64,000 nt of DNA. Origin: Glaucostegus cemiculus (Eukaryota). Location: positions 21,514,001 to 21,578,000 of the forward strand of contig CDPCPM010000026.1 of NCBI GenBank assembly GCA_976551045.1. The letters are read 5' to 3'. Made by a program: the position numbers and the translations under genes. Numbering within the stretch: position 1 is the stretch's first letter; every line of letters starts with the position of its first letter. Of the stretch, positions 1 through 14,298 are shown one piece after another. Under the pieces are notes generated by a model. The model saw only the letters and a list, made by a program, of their open reading frames with translations, made no database searches and was not told where the DNA came from.

Positions 1-3000
1 CCCAAATTAGCAGTTGTCTTTGACCTGTACCTTTCTGATATTGTTCTCTCAACTAATGCTCATCGAATCCTCTGCTGCCTTGCTTACAAAAGTTACTTGT
101 ACTGTCCCTACTTTATATCTCCCTGCAACCTATGATCCTGCAAAGGAACTCAGAAATAACATGAAGCTTTAATACTTAATTTATATATCTTTGGATACTG
201 AGGCTTCGTTTTACTGTGGGTGAGTGCCTCACATGGGCACCAACTGAATTTAAGATCATATACTTTACACCAAAAAGTATTTGCATTTTTAGTTCATTGA
301 TAATTTTTTTGATGGAATGGACATCAGTGCTTCACTGAGCATTCCTCCCTCAGTTATTCTGCTCAAATACTATGTATGAAAATAACATTCAAAAACATTT
401 CCAATCTCAGCATCCAGTCTCTCATTTTTAAGTCATAGATTTGTGTGTAAGACAAGGATAAGGATTATAGTCCATTGCAGCTGTAAAAAGAAATGTGTTC
501 CCAAAACACCCTTTTTTTTGCGAGGCGTTTCAATATTTGCAAAGATTTAGAATTTCCTACACCATTCAGTGTTGCCACTGAATTCACCTCAAGCAGTGAT
601 CACTACACATGTAAATAACCATCTTAAAGATACTGGTATTGAGCATTTGATTGAGAAAGCAAAACTTACAACATTTTTTGGCACTGGACTTTTCAGAAAT
701 TAGAGTAAGTAATCTGTTTAAAACAGAATTTTAGATTTCATAAGGAGCTGACAGTGAAAATAATTATTTAACATGAAGCATATCTTCTTTTATGCAAAAT
801 CAACACTGTGAGCAGCACAGACAAAATCAAAGCACCCAAACTCTACAATATCCCATTTTGTTAGAATCAAACACCAGCTAGGCCTTTCTTTGACAAATCT
901 CAGATTCCAAGCACCTGATTAAATGTGATGAAAACTTGGTCACAAGAAGCAGAAAAGCAAATTATGTTTCTTCTCAATAATCTTCCAGTTTTGAAAACAA
1001 AATTAGATTGTCTTTCCTAACTCTCTGACTGATCTTCCCAGTTTTTTTATCCATTTTTGTACGCTGCTCATGCTGAAAAATGCTATGGTCCTAGAAAATG
1101 CAAGTTCATCCATCACTAACGTGACATTCAAAGTTAAACATAACAGCTTATGTTTTGTTTAAAGGAAGCATAAAACATCTGCTGTAGATTGTGGAAGAGT
1201 GACTGACAGTGGAAAGAACAGAATAGTTTAATTGCTTTCATTTATTAACAAAGAGTGCATTGTACTATGTGCACAGGCTGTGTGTAGGGGTGGAAGAGGA
1301 TGTGCTTATGAGGATATAAGCATGTTCTTCTCTCATGTTCTCCATATTGCAGGTGTATAACCAGATCATTGGTGTTCAGACACAAAACTGAAAGATTAAT
1401 TTTTGAATTGATCCTGTAATTTTGGGCCTGGTAAATGAAGTGAGAAGAGATTAAGAGGAGACTTTCAGCATCAGGAAAGTCAAGCAGGTCCAAAAGAATG
1501 CAAGATACATTAGAAAATCATATTTCTGTGATAAACAGCATATCTTTGGTGACACTTGCCTAAAAAGCCAGTATAAAGTAACTGTTTTCATAAAGTGTTT
1601 TTAAAGCATCAATTTCCCATTCTTTTTATTCCAAAGTGCAAAATGCAACTATTAGGTAGTGATTGGTAGATCAACATTTTGAAACCAACTTGATGAGATT
1701 CTATTTTTGTAAACAGTGAACAACTATTTGTTTACCAAGGTCTATCAAAGTCACATGTGGTCATACCCTGTTGCTCTGTAGTCTGCAATATTGAATCACT
1801 GTAGTTGGTCAGAATGGCCTAGAACTCAACATGCACAACAGATTGGCCATATTAAATCATCAAAGGAAGAAACTAGTGACTTTTTTTTTGTTTTAGATTT
1901 CCCATTTCTATCTAAGGGAGAGCTTGGTGAATTTGAGACTCAGTTTTGAATCCATGCAGGACAAATGGATAGAAGTTTTCTCCTTACATTGGTACGACTG
2001 GTCCAAGTAAAAATCAGAAGAGAAACCCTTCATCAATAATCTAGTGGGCACTAGAACTAAATATAAAGCTGCTCATATATTCAACTAATTAACTAGTCGG
2101 AAATTCTCACCGGCAGCTATTACCCTGGATTGAGACACAAGACAGTAGAAAGTGTCTATCTAAGCTTGAGCAAACCTTATTTAAAATTAGAAAAGTTGGG
2201 TTTCCTAAAAGGTCCAAATGGTTGAACTGGAGACCAGAATCCTTTGCAAAGCTGAATGCTGACACACAAGTTGTCAAGGGGAATATCAGCTTGGGTTCCT
2301 TCTTCTGAGATGAGCATCAGTTACAACAAGGAACAGGTCACTTGGTCCAATCTATCTGTGCTGATGGTTACCCAATACAACCATTCCGTTCTCTTCTCAC
2401 TTACTAATCTATTTCCCTATCTTTCATCTATCTAACCTAATAATGAAAGACCAAGAGCTCTGAAAATGAAGTCCATGGTATCCAGCCTTCTGTGCAGAGA
2501 AATTTCCCCAACGTGCATACCAGTATTTAATCTTGCATTTAATCCTTTTGTTTTAGACCCCACAACTTCTAGTAGCAGTAAGGTCCAAATTGCCCAGTCC
2601 TGCTCGAGTGTGATTTTAAATATTTCAGTCATAACATCTCATAATCTAAAGAAAAATGATCCAATTTTTCTCCTGTATTATGACTCCCCACACCTAATAT
2701 ACTGGTTTTCAGGTTCAAACCATAGCATACTGGTACACAGAAACACAATGTGATTTTACAGGCTCCTGCTCCAGTGGTTGAGATAAATGTGCTAAGTGGC
2801 ATGAAAGCCAAACTCCTGAATGGTCAGAATGGCTCAGAATTCAACAGGGGTAATGTTAAAGGTGGTCTCAAGTTTGACAAGATAACCTCAATTAGAGGGC
2901 AAATAGCCTCAATATAACTGGATGCCCTGCTCAGGAAGACCCTCGGCTTGTAGTCCTGGGCTCTGGTTATATTCACGTACAGGAAGATTACATTATATAG

Positions 3001-4059
3001 ACAGTTAAAATGGAAGATATAGCCATACAGATCCATAGGTCCCTCGCTGTGTAATACTCAATGCCAAGCACCTCCCACCCCTCCATTTCACGCCATCTAT
3101 ACATTCCTCTACTACTTTCTCCCTTTTTATTCAATATTGAATATATTATGGAGTCATCTGAAGGTTGCACTCTTGCCTCTGATTTGGAGGTCTGTGGGTT
3201 ATGGGTCCTGTGCTTCTGCTGAAAGCTATGGATTTGTGGCTATTTAAAAAAAATTGATTGTGTTGCCTTTCTGACAGCCATCAGATCAGGCAATGTATGT
3301 CCAGCAAAGTGTCAACGTGAAGGAGAAAGCAGAGGGAAATCTGGAAAGGCAAAACAAAAACTAAAACACCAACAGAGAAATTGTCATTATTGAGTGAATT
3401 ACAATTCAAAGTCATCTCAGAAGGTTAAGCTCAGCTGAAGTATTGAAGTATTTTTCAGATGCATTTCATGAAATTTCCCACAACCAAGCTGTGCCATAGT
3501 AAACAGGCAAGGTACTAAAAGAGTGAAATCAAAACATTATGGGTTTGAAATCCGTTATATCTGTATGTAATACAATTTCCTCTGACACTGAATCCAATTG
3601 GAGTTTATTTTAATAGAATACTTCATAATATTGGTAAATGTGAATGCAAAGCACTGTACTGAAATGAATGCACACGCAAGACTGTATTAGAGTAATTTAT
3701 TACAAATAAAAGGAGATATAGCTTGTTCTCAGCCTTGTGACTTCCATCATTCAACTAATGTTGAGTCAAGTATCATTGATTCCATTTAGGAGCCTGGGGA
3801 CAAGAGGAATGAAAGAAAAATGGGCGTGGGGTTCACAATGTGCGATTAATCCATACCTGTTGATTGCAATGCATGTAGCACTCCAACTTCATGCTGCCAT
3901 TACATTGAAATGATTTTAACATGCTAATACTAGCCACGCTTTTGATTGGCTGTATACATCGGCAGGATACTCAATATCATCTAATGCTGGAATCTGTTAA
4001 AACAAATATGCATTGCACCTTTTAAATGGATGGAGCCCCTTGACTAGAACTGGGAATAA

Positions 4060-5640
4060 ATGAAGGATTTGAGACTGCTGTGCAAATGGCTTTAATGAAG
4101 AGGTGAAATATAGAAAAGACGTTTTGTACCCAAGGAGGCCAGCAGATTGCCAAAATGCCATTGAGAGAGGCTGAGAGGGAGAGGGAATGAATGTTGAGGA
4201 GCTCCAGGCCAGGAGTACAACCTGAGGGTCAGGATGCAGTGATCACAAACCTCACACAAGTGATCAATACATGTGAAAGCAAACTGAATGCCATATCCTG
4301 TCAACCACCCCACTGACCTCATATACAGCTAAGTTCTTTGCAAACACACAAGTCACCCACCAACAATAAGGACCCATGACTAACATTCATACACTTCACC
4401 TTGCTCTCACACACACTGCATCTGACACAGCTGGAAGCCTCAAATAAACATCTCACAGCTTGCAAACATTTCACAAAAAATGCTGCACAACATCAGTGCC
4501 CATCTTGCTCCTCCAGTGAGCTGTACTCCCAATTTTCTAACTGCTTAACCTCAGGAAGTTCCCATCCCCGTATTGCCATTCACAGCAAGAGGAATGACAC
4601 AGAGCAGCTTTATAGTGCTGCTTTGGGAGAGGATGAGGACATGAGGAAGCCTTGTATGACTCTGACCTTTTCACCAATACTGAGGACCTACTGCAAAAGA
4701 TAGAGAGGGAGAAATTTACCCAAGGCCATACGTGCTAAACAAGTGCACCATACCAGCCAGGAGTTGTACTCACCTCTCAATACCTGCTCTCAGGTGTGAG
4801 GTGCAGCAACCAAGAGAATCCCTCCCAGGGGCCTAAGCATGATTGCTGGTGCTTGATTGGCTCTTTCCTTCTGGCAAGTTATCAATTAATTTGTCTTCAA
4901 CTACAGGACAGAACAGGAGGCTCAACTGTATCAGGACGAGAACGACCAGGCTGAGCAATAGCTTCTTTCCGCAAGCCATCAGAACTGCGAACTCTCTCAT
5001 TCCTCCATCTTCCTTGTTAACACTAAGGGATTTTAGGTGCATAGGAATGCACCAGCACTTTAAATGCCCGCCACCAGCTCGTTCACTTTAATAACTATTT
5101 ATTCAATTACCTGCCGTATTTACTTTAACCTGCCATATTTAATTTAATTTAAACTTCCGTAGTTTTTAATGTTTTTTTTGTTCAGTGTGTCTGTGTGTCT
5201 CTGCTGTTTGTTATTTAATGAGACGATCACCTGAGGAGGACGGTATCTCGCTCCTATGCATACTATGTATGTATATGGTTGTGACAATAAAATGGATTCT
5301 GATTCACATGTGATCTCAACTGAATTACCCAAGCATCCAGACAAAAGTCCATGATTGATAATATAACAAAAATAAACCAAGATATCGAAAGAAACATAGC
5401 AAACTGGGCACATGTATTGCTTCAAATTGTGCAAAACAGCTTCTGAGGAACAGAGCCTCCACTAGTCACAAACTCCAGATCCTGGCTACAGGAACTGACC
5501 ATTTTCTTGAGCTCCCAAAGGTTTTGGAGAGCTCCCGTCTCAGGAGTAAGTGGAAACATTTGATGCAGTTGTTAGGTGCCTGCAGTTGCAGAATCTACAT
5601 CTGCAGTGGCCGCAGGACTATTTTGCAAATAAAAGTCACG
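4060..5640 (+). mobile_element. Highly decayed PIF/Harbinger-like element (Myb/SANT-like gene relic), interrupted by a Rex1/Babar LINE
   Basis: 4195-4270 (gaggagctccaggccaggagtacaacc...ggatgcagtg...acctcacacaagtgatcaa) resembles the Myb/SANT motif EEVxARSxxPRTWxQCRKKFNDLT. A similar stretch occurs at 46200-46310. Confidence 0.4.
4895..5306 (+). mobile_element. 5'-truncated Rex1/Babar-type LINE (ORF C-terminus and 3' UTR)
   Basis: Peptide RRLNCIRTRTTRLSNSFFPQAIRTANS. Ends in the tail gtgacaataaa...gattctgattc. Confidence 0.75.
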
Positions 5641-5668
5641 TTTTGTTACTTTGCAAACCAATTCTTAA

Positions 5669-5978
5669 GGGCGGCACAGTGGTGCAGCATATACCGCATG
5701 AATGACTGGGTGTGATGCTGACCTTCAGTGCTGTCTGAGTGCAGTTTTCATGTTCTCTCTGTGACTGGGTGGGTTTCCTCTGGGTACTCCAGTTTCCACT
5801 CTGGTTGGCAAGTTGATAGGCTGCAAGTTGCCTCTAGTGTAGGTGAGTGGTAATCGTGAGGAGCCGATAGACATGTTAGAGAGAACAGGTTACTGGAAAA
5901 TACGTGGTGGATTGATGGGAGCCACATGGACTTGATGGGTTAATGGCCTCCTCTTGTACCGTAATATATGAGAATATG
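5669..5978 (+). mobile_element. tRNA-derived V-SINE (HE1-like) with a CR1-type 3' tail
   Basis: Head gggcggcacagtggtgcag, V-domain gggtttcctctgggtactccagtttcc, tail gatgggttaatggcctcctcttgtaccgtaa. Confidence 0.8.
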
Positions 5979-6689
5979 TTACAAATGGAGCAAAGGAGTG
6001 TCCTTAATCAAGTGCATCACCTTCAACATATTTGACATGCAAGTCTCTCTTTGCCATGCCACATGAGCAAGGTGCCTTTAGCATTTGGATGCCTACATTA
6101 AAGATTACACAATTTGTATTTAATTTCAATAAAGCATCCTTGTGATGTGACATTGCTGTACAGCTCACAATATACATTTTGCCTAAAGTGCAGAAATAAC
6201 CAAGAGAATAAAGGAGAAACATCTGAAAGATTATAATATTTCCAATCCACAGATTCACATAAAATGATATTGAAAAATATAAGTAGGCTGCACTTTTCTC
6301 TGTGTTTTTACCTTCCCATATTAAAAGAATGCCTAAAATAATTCACAACAACCCAACTCTTCTTATTCCTTTCCTATTTCTCATTGATATGTTGCTCCTT
6401 ATCAATATCATTCAACAGTTTCCAAATAAACATTATCAACACCTAACTCAACCTAAAGATTATTTTTCTTCAACTCTCTCCCGCCTCCAAATTGTCCAGC
6501 TGATTTTCAGCGCAGGCTAAGCAGAGATAATTAGCAACAAAATATTATTAAAATCCGAGCTACTGTCTTTGGGCAGCCCCACTAATTCTGTTCCCTATCC
6601 ATCAGCCCCATCCCATCCTGCCATCCATTTGAGGCTGTATTGGACCTCTCACACACTTACTGTTATGTGCAGAGACACCTTCAAAACCA

Positions 6690-7100
6690 TCAAGATAACC
6701 TGCTACCATGTTCACATCACTCGACTGTACACTGTCCCTCCGTCTTGCAACCAAAGCTCTTATGCCTGTGTCCCAACTTACATTGTCTCATTCACCCTCT
6801 TCCCCTGTATTTGCTGACTTCCCACTTATGCCACATTTTAAATTTAAAATCCTCATCTTTAATTTCAAGTTCATGCCTGTTCTCACCTCTCTCTACATCT
6901 AACCTCCATCAACCATGTAACCCACTGTGATACCTGCACTTTTCCAAGTCTAGGCACTTGGGTAACCCATAGTTTATCACTCCACTACTGGCAGCCATGC
7001 CTTCTGCTGCCATGGTTTTTACACCCCTTCACTGAATCTCTCTGTTTTTCCACCTCTCTTTGATAATGCTTCTGTGAACATCCTGTCCAGAAATGTGGTA
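6690..7100 (+). mobile_element. Decayed L2 LINE 3' region
   Basis: tttaaaatcctcatctttaatttcaag (FKILI.FK-type motif) and ggcagccatgccttctgctgcc. Similar to 24800-25395 and to the reverse complement of 34061-34500. Confidence 0.6.
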
Positions 7101-8379
7101 CCAAGCAGTACCACTGTTGTTGTTGGGTCAAAACTTGTCCTCTTTTAGTAGGCATGAGAATCCTACTGAACATCCAACTAGACTTCAGAGCCAGAGATTT
7201 GGTCTCCATTTGGAAGGATTGTGATAGTTATTGCAAATACTACTTCATTTTCACATAACTTCAAGGGCTATAAGCAACTTGACATTTTGCCTTGGCTCTC
7301 TGCCAGTATCTACAAAGAGTTTTGTAAAAATGATGTAGGCCTATTTTGGTAAAAAAAAACTGTGCCCTTCACAACTGAATGAAATACTTGCTTCTGATAG
7401 AAATGGTTGGAACTTTAAAATGAACATTATAACAGATATGTCATGAATGTCTGATATTTTGTCATTCCATTTTTAATGTTGTATCATGTGAAGTAAAACT
7501 GGAAACATCCTAGACGAGAAATTAGTCTCATCAGCACCCATATATGTATAAAAGTGACTTAGCCTGGATTAGATAGTGCTCGCTATTATTTCCAGGTGCA
7601 AACATGCCCATTGGGAAATTGGTCCAGGCACTTCTATACTCAATTCACCCACTGTATCCAATGTTTTCCTGGTATCAGTCATGCACCAAATACTATTACA
7701 AGTTATGCAACACACATCTCTTCTATAACAACATAAATTGGAACCTTTGGGTGCAATCTATAATATTTGTTTTAAATTCACGAAAATACTAGGAGCACAA
7801 TGCAGTGAGATCAGCAAGGAGATATTAATTGAAGGGTTTCCATTCTGACATTTGTACCTTACACATACCATCAGCTAAACTATGGCTTCAATGCTCAGGA
7901 CAGTTGTAACCTCATGAATGACTGCCCCTTTGCAGATCAATTCGCAGCAGCAAGAGATGCCATCAGGGCTGATGGTCACGTGCTGGCATTCCCACACCAA
8001 CAGAAGGGCAATATTTCCATCACTGCACCCCAATCCCCATCACTTTTTCTGTCACCTCCTCAGCAGGTTTTTATGCAACTGTTCCAAAGCTGTTTTGGGG
8101 AGTTCCATTAGAGTCTGACATCCTACCCTGTGATCATTATGCAAAGATGTGGCTGTAGAGTGCTTTTCATTCAGATCTGGTAAGGAGATGCACAGTTCTT
8201 TTTTTAGGGCATGTGTTTGGATACAAACCACCTCAGCACTCGTTTTCACATACTTTTGGGCATGTTGTGATCATTCTGTGGTAGATCTGATTGGATATCA
8301 GAAGAAGCACATGTCTAGTACAAGAACAAAGATTTAAATCCAAATCCTATTCACTCTAACTGGTGTCTACCAGGCACAA

Positions 8380-8498
8380 CATGGTTGAGTGAGATGGATA
8401 AATGGTTTTGAGATATGGTTGAGCAACAATCTACCAAGTGGCAGAAAAAGCTTGGGAGGCTAAGTAGCCGACTCCTACTTATATTTTCTTATGTTCTA
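8380..8498 (+). mobile_element. Decayed CR1 3' UTR fragment
   Basis: gcttgggaggctaagtagccgactcctacttatattttcttatgttct matches the CR1 tail seen at 43670-43718. Confidence 0.55.
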
Positions 8499-9929
8499 AC
8501 GTAAATGCATTTTAAAATAATCTGAAGCAGAAAACATCCACAGAAATTAATATATTTTCAATGTTTAAAGTTTAGCTTTGGACCAATGTGAATCATTTAG
8601 CTTTGGATGAAATGCCATTGTTTCTGTGGAACAGAATTCATCTGTCCTAATTAATTTGGGTACGTTTTTGCAAAAGGCAAACAAATATTAAACTTTAGTG
8701 TCTGTACTTTGGTCATGAAGGTTAAATTTCTGAAAATGCTCAAGAAGAGTGAGTTCAAAATAGAGGAGAAACCTGTTCACTACCCTGACGCCACTACCTA
8801 GTCAAGAATGTAGTTTTCATACATACACAAATAAAGGTAAATTTAGCCAATGATTTATTTTATCAAAAAAAAAGCTCTCTGGTTTTCATTATCTATTTAG
8901 GAATACTTTTGTGCTAATGACATTGGAGACTAAACAACAAGCAATCCAAAGAAACAACTTTAAAGTGATGGTTTATGCTTTCAATTAAAATCATTCATCT
9001 TTGAGAAAATAAATCTGCTCCTTTAATAATATTCATTCATTAAATTCTTTGCATATTTGGGAAATACTTCTGTATAAGTGAATAGGTTCAACACAAAAAG
9101 GATTTAAGAACTGCCATATTTACGTTTCAGGATTTTAATTACCAATCGATCCTGATGACAACTGCTGAACAATACATGGCTATCTATTCCTCAGATTATT
9201 GCCACGTTCTGGAATATACAGACACAAGGTCATTCTGAACTACTGCTGCAAAAAAAAATCAAACAATTTCCTTTTGAACAGACGTGTTAGATTAAAAAGG
9301 ATTTATCCTGACCACAGTTGTTTTTCATTTCAGAAAGAAAGCAGGATGACAAAATTTTAAAGATATTAAAAGTTAATTTCTTTTCTTTCTAAGTCCTTCA
9401 GGCAAAGATTTATAAACGGTCCTACTGTATGTACTGTGGTTCTTAAAGAATTTCAAAATAAAATTACTCAGCTGTGCATGTGATGTGAAACAATCAGAAA
9501 CCCAAGAAAACTTACTCCATAGCCCCCATTTCAATTCCATCATGCTCTCCTAAGCAACTCAGTATGAGTTTTATTTTCAGTTAAAGCATTTTCCTTTAAC
9601 TGCATTTATTTTCAATTGAACCACTGCAAAGATAGTTACATTTGAAAAACTATAGAAAATCACTCTTTAAGCTGATAAGGAATGAGAACCAGATATCTTT
9701 TAAATACAAAGAAAATGTAATAAAGTCAAATTAAATTTACGAGATTTATGAAGGCAGTTAGCTAGAATGCAATGCAACAACTGTATAATTCTGATCTTGT
9801 GATTAGCTCCTATTTTGCACATTAAATCCGTAATGATTTAATTTACATCCTGTGTTGTTGAAATGGAGCAAAGTATCAGTGTGTCCATACATGTGAAGCA
9901 CTGGTCATCTCTTAATATTTACATGTGAG

Positions 9930-10110
9930 ATGGATTTAAGTCAGTAGATCTAACCACATTTTGGATCATTAATGCCTTTCAGCACCACCTTCCCCTGTAT
10001 ACCGACATGTTGGTTCAGTATAACACAATGCTCTTGGCTGTACAATTAAAGCAATAAGATGTAGGCAATAAACATTGCTTTGCCAATGTTGCCTGCATTC
10101 CATGGATAAA
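9930..10110 (+). mobile_element. Old SINE 3' part sharing its tail with the LINE at 27123-27765
   Basis: Tail ggcaataaacattgctttgccaatgttgcctgcattccatggataaa resembles ggcaataattcctgacctttccaatgacaccagatctcaaaaatgaa at 27714-27760. Confidence 0.45.
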
Positions 10111-11473
10111 CAGACCCACATTATAGTTAGGTACAGTGATATTTCTTGGCTTTAGAGAGGGGACAGTGGAAATGCTTGGACAACAATAAACAAACTAAAA
10201 CTGATGGATATGCTAAGTTTAGCCACCCAAAGGGTCAGTCGGTCTGGTAAGCAATTGCCAGTAGCTGTATAAGATCCTCATCTTGATCACCTCTAGCTGC
10301 TTATATCTCTCTAAAGCTAACACAGTTAATGAAGTGACAAGTGCTGATACAGTTGGAGGAAGATAACAGTGAGCTATGTAATTTGCATTGAAGGAGCAGG
10401 TCACGTTATTAATTTCCATGGTTTGCATCTTGCAGGTCTTCTGTGGGTTTCCTCACTAGGAGAGAGGGATGTAATGGTTTGAAATCTGGGTTAATAATGT
10501 CTGAAATGGAAATTTGAATTATGCTCACTGCTTATGCTGGGAAAAGCTGCCAGCAACAAGTGTTGACCTGCTGCTGGACAATGTTCAGCATGTTGTGATC
10601 AAATCACGATTCTGTAACTTAATTTGGCCAAATAGATTCTACAACAATCATGCACAGTTTAACACATTCACACTTCACAGATTGATGTCTGCAAAATTCC
10701 AATCTTTTAAAAAAATAAAACCAGAAAATAACCCAATGAAATATGAAATATGTAAGAGACAATCAAAATAGGATGTCTACATGCAATGTCAAGTCAACTC
10801 AAAGGAAATGCTGGTTTCACTCAGCACTAAACAAAGGATTAAGAAAGATTGGAGTCCAACTTAAATTTTAATTCAGCAAAAAAAAACAAGCTGCACCCCA
10901 ATCGCATCAAAACTAGACACTGTCACTTTTTCTTACGTGGTTAGGTAACAGAAGTAGCTGTTTCTAATTCTTAGGAGATGCCTGTCTGCTTTTTTTGTGC
11001 ACGAAAGTCTATGCATTATGAAAAGTAGACAATGCTGCCTTCTCTCCAGCCAGCTCAATGTCTTCCAGGCAGACTGGGATTTCCTAAACAGATACCAAAG
11101 ATGTTACGTTTCACTGATCAAGCACAGCAGCTGTCAAGGAGGGGTAGACTGCAATTCAAAACTTCCAGTAACCCAAATTGCTCATCATCGTAAGACCTTT
11201 AAAACCAGCAACAATCTTATTACTTAGCATTTCAGTTAGTAACTAGGATTGGAAAAGGTAGTGACTGAAACTTAAGTTAAAGTGGTTGGGCAGTACACAC
11301 ACCTCCCAAGGGAAACAAAGTACACCAGAAGAAGCCCACCACATTAATCAGTAGAGGAAGTGAAGAACAAACTGTGAGCTAAAGGGTCAACAAAATAAGG
11401 ATACACAAATTAGTCAGCTCATCTCTAGGCCTCGGCAACATAGTGACAGCTGCAACACCAGTAGAGCATTATT

Positions 11474-11595
11474 GGTTCTGATGAAGGATCACTGAGCTGA
11501 TAGATTACTCTGCTGCTCTCTCTACCGAATGCTACCTGACCTGCTGAGTATTGTTTTTATTGCCTTTTTCAGCATCTGCAGCTTTTTGTCTTTCA
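11474..11595 (+). mobile_element. Penelope-like element (PLE) terminal-repeat fragment
   Basis: ttctgatgaaggatcactga...gaatgctacctgacctgctgagtatt...cagcatctgcag. The same family recurs throughout the window. Confidence 0.7.
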
Positions 11596-11892
11596 AGACC
11601 GTTATCATTGTTCCAGTGGCACTCTAATACATGATTAACATTTGGTTATTTTACTGAGCTGCAAACAATATTCATGCATACGTGTTATTCTTCATTTATT
11701 TATCAAGTTTTGAATAAGTACAGAAGCAGGAAAGGGCAGAAAGTTAAAGAGAAAAAAGGGATGGTGGCAGGCAGGACAGACTGAATATCCAAAGGGACAA
11801 AGATGCAAGCCAGTGGGGATGGTAAAGGTACAAGTGAAGTGCACATAATAGATTTAGAAGAGCTTTAAATGGGAACAAAATAATTGTAACAT

Positions 11893-12020
11893 AAAATATG
11901 GCAGATGCTGCAAGTCTGAAATAAAACCAGAATATGTTGGAAATATTCTGCATTAGGAAGCATCTGTGGAGAGAGGATCAGAAATAAGGTTTCAGATCAA
12001 TGACCCTTCGTTAGACTAGA
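11893..12020 (-). mobile_element. PLE terminal-repeat fragment
   Basis: gcagatgctg...gttggaaatattctgc...gcatctgtggagagag...gtttcagatcaatgacccttcgttag, the reverse complement of the family at 11474. Confidence 0.75.
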
Positions 12021-12329
12021 GATGGTTGAGAGATTTAAAAAAGCATTTGGAATGAGAGGGCTGGGAGGGAGGGAGGATGGCTCTGGCCATCCTCCACAGA
12101 TCTCCTTGCAATAATCTGCTCTTTATCAGTCCTACAGTACAACATTCTCTACATTTTCTGTGTTCTCAGACATCTTTTCTGTGGCAAGGGAATGCAGTTT
12201 TTGGTGAGTCAAAATACAACTGGTACTTAAGGGAAACAAGGAATCACCTCGGACTGGCTGGTAAATGACTAGGCAGGCAACACTTTCCGTCAATGCAGAT
12301 GTAGAACTTGTTTTAGGATGGTAGCATGC

Positions 12330-12510
12330 CCACTGTAAATGATCTTCTCTGTTGGCAGGTAGTAGAAGAATCGGGGGGAGTTAATGGGCATGTGAGAGAG
12401 AATGGGTTACAGGACAATAATTGGGGGAATAGGATTGATGGGACTGCTCTGACAGCTGACACAGATCCAATAGGCTGAATGGCCTCTTCCCTCACGTGGA
12501 AATATGAGAT
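12330..12510 (+). mobile_element. V-SINE 3' half
   Basis: cactgtaaat...gtagaagaatcggggggagttaatggg...taggctgaatggcctcttcc, similar to 5830-5960 and 47275-47410. Confidence 0.65.
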
Positions 12511-14019
12511 ACAAGTAGATGAAAAATAGGCAGTGGACAGGCAACTGGACAGTTAAGAGTGGTACCAAATGACAACAGTTTTACCACACAACATGAGGGG
12601 TGGAATTGGTCAAAGGCTGCAGAGAGGCTATGTTCTGGTCACAATCTCAGAAAATGCCATTTGATAAGGTGAAGAGAATGAAAGCCCAGCGTGGAAGTAA
12701 AAAGTACACAAGAAACTGCGGATGCTGGAATTTGGAGCAAAAAGTTTTTTTTTGCTGAGGAGATAAAAGATTTGATGTGGTCCCAGGAAAAACTATTTGA
12801 AAAAATATTACAATCCTGGGTTTCCTGTGACTTTGGATCTACTTCCTGTCACCTGCTCAGACTAACATTAACAGGCCATGACTGCATCACTAGAACTCAC
12901 TCTACATAATTCAAAAGAGGTAAAATTTCACCTCCACTGTAATTAAATGCAGGTTATTTTACAAAGAAAAAGACAATACTGAGGTGGTGAAAATCTGAAA
13001 AATAAAATTACAATTGCTCATTCATGCAGAAAGGCAGACAAGACCTGATAATACTGGGGGACAAAAGTCAGGCCTAGGAATTCTAATGTGCCATAAGAGA
13101 CACACTATCTATTGTACCAACCACCATTTCAATCACGAGCCAGTCAATGCAAATTTCAATGCTGTTTTGAAAACTGTGGCAACATTAGATTTATTTCCTT
13201 CATATGCACCATCTGCCCAGTGGGAAGGAGCATGGGTGTTGGGTAAGAGAGGCCACAGATCAGAGACACAATTAGGGCCCACATGAACAATCATGCAGGC
13301 CACTGCATGATGGGGCCTGGAAGGGATAGTTGGTGGCTAGACACATATCACTTGAAACACACCAAATGTGGAGTTAGGAGTGCAATTCGGACTCACACCA
13401 GGAAGGCCCAGTCCAATTTCCAGAGTGACATAAAACAATCCAGAAACAGTTGTTAGCTTCATTTTCAGTTGTGTAGCACTGGAATAAACAGTATTACATG
13501 ATCAGCGTCCTCAGCATCGTGGGTATAACCCTTGATCTAAGTTTAATATTTTACTGACTGTTGCTAGATTTTTCTGTTTTCATTTCATGCTTTGGCAACT
13601 GCTTGCTAATTAAATCAATATGTTCTCCAAACTGGCTCTCCAATGATGTCATTAGTACTTAAATAATGGAGAGTCAGTAAAGAACAAAAGAATGGTCAAG
13701 TTCCCAAAATTAAAGGGTAGCCGTGTTCCTAAAAGTAATCTGTTTATGGAGTTTGAATTCTAATTGGTATTAATGGGTATACACAAATTCATTCACAACA
13801 CAAAAGACACTGCCAAACTGTATTATCAGAAAAATGTTAGAGCACCAACATAGAGTATAACTTGACCAGTGTGTATGTCATACATTTTCATTGTGGCCAA
13901 TTAATTTGCCAAGTACACACTTACAAAATACAGCATGGGATACTGCCTGTACACAGAAGTTGGGGCTTCAAGTAATGACCTTAAAAATGTGTCCAAATAC
14001 TATTCCATGTTTGAGGCAC

Positions 14020-14298
14020 TTAATGTAGGCTGGCAATTCATGCTGCATGTGAAGTATTAACCTGTCTATCTGTTTCACTGCTTTGACTAGATGCCAAATA
14101 TCTCACAGCACTGTCTAAAGAACACCAAGTTCTCCTGGTGTTCTGGCTCATTTGTATCTTAGCTTACTCCATGAGAAACAAATCAATCAGTCCTTCAATA
14201 TATTGCAGTGGATTTGCATGCAGTCACTATTTTGATTCAAAATAATTAACTACTGTGCTGATTTTAGATATAGTTAAGAGGCAAAATTGTTTTTTTTT
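14020..14298 (+). mobile_element. Decayed Deu-domain SINE (SacSINE1-like)
   Basis: aagttctcctggtgttctggctcatttgtatc and surrounding motifs. Similar to 28900-29140. Confidence 0.5.

Noticed and set aside
13070-13430. GC-richer patches here, at 20190-20520 and at 52180-52480, possibly old non-autonomous DNA elements
   Set aside because: No terminal repeats or family motif could be pinned down.
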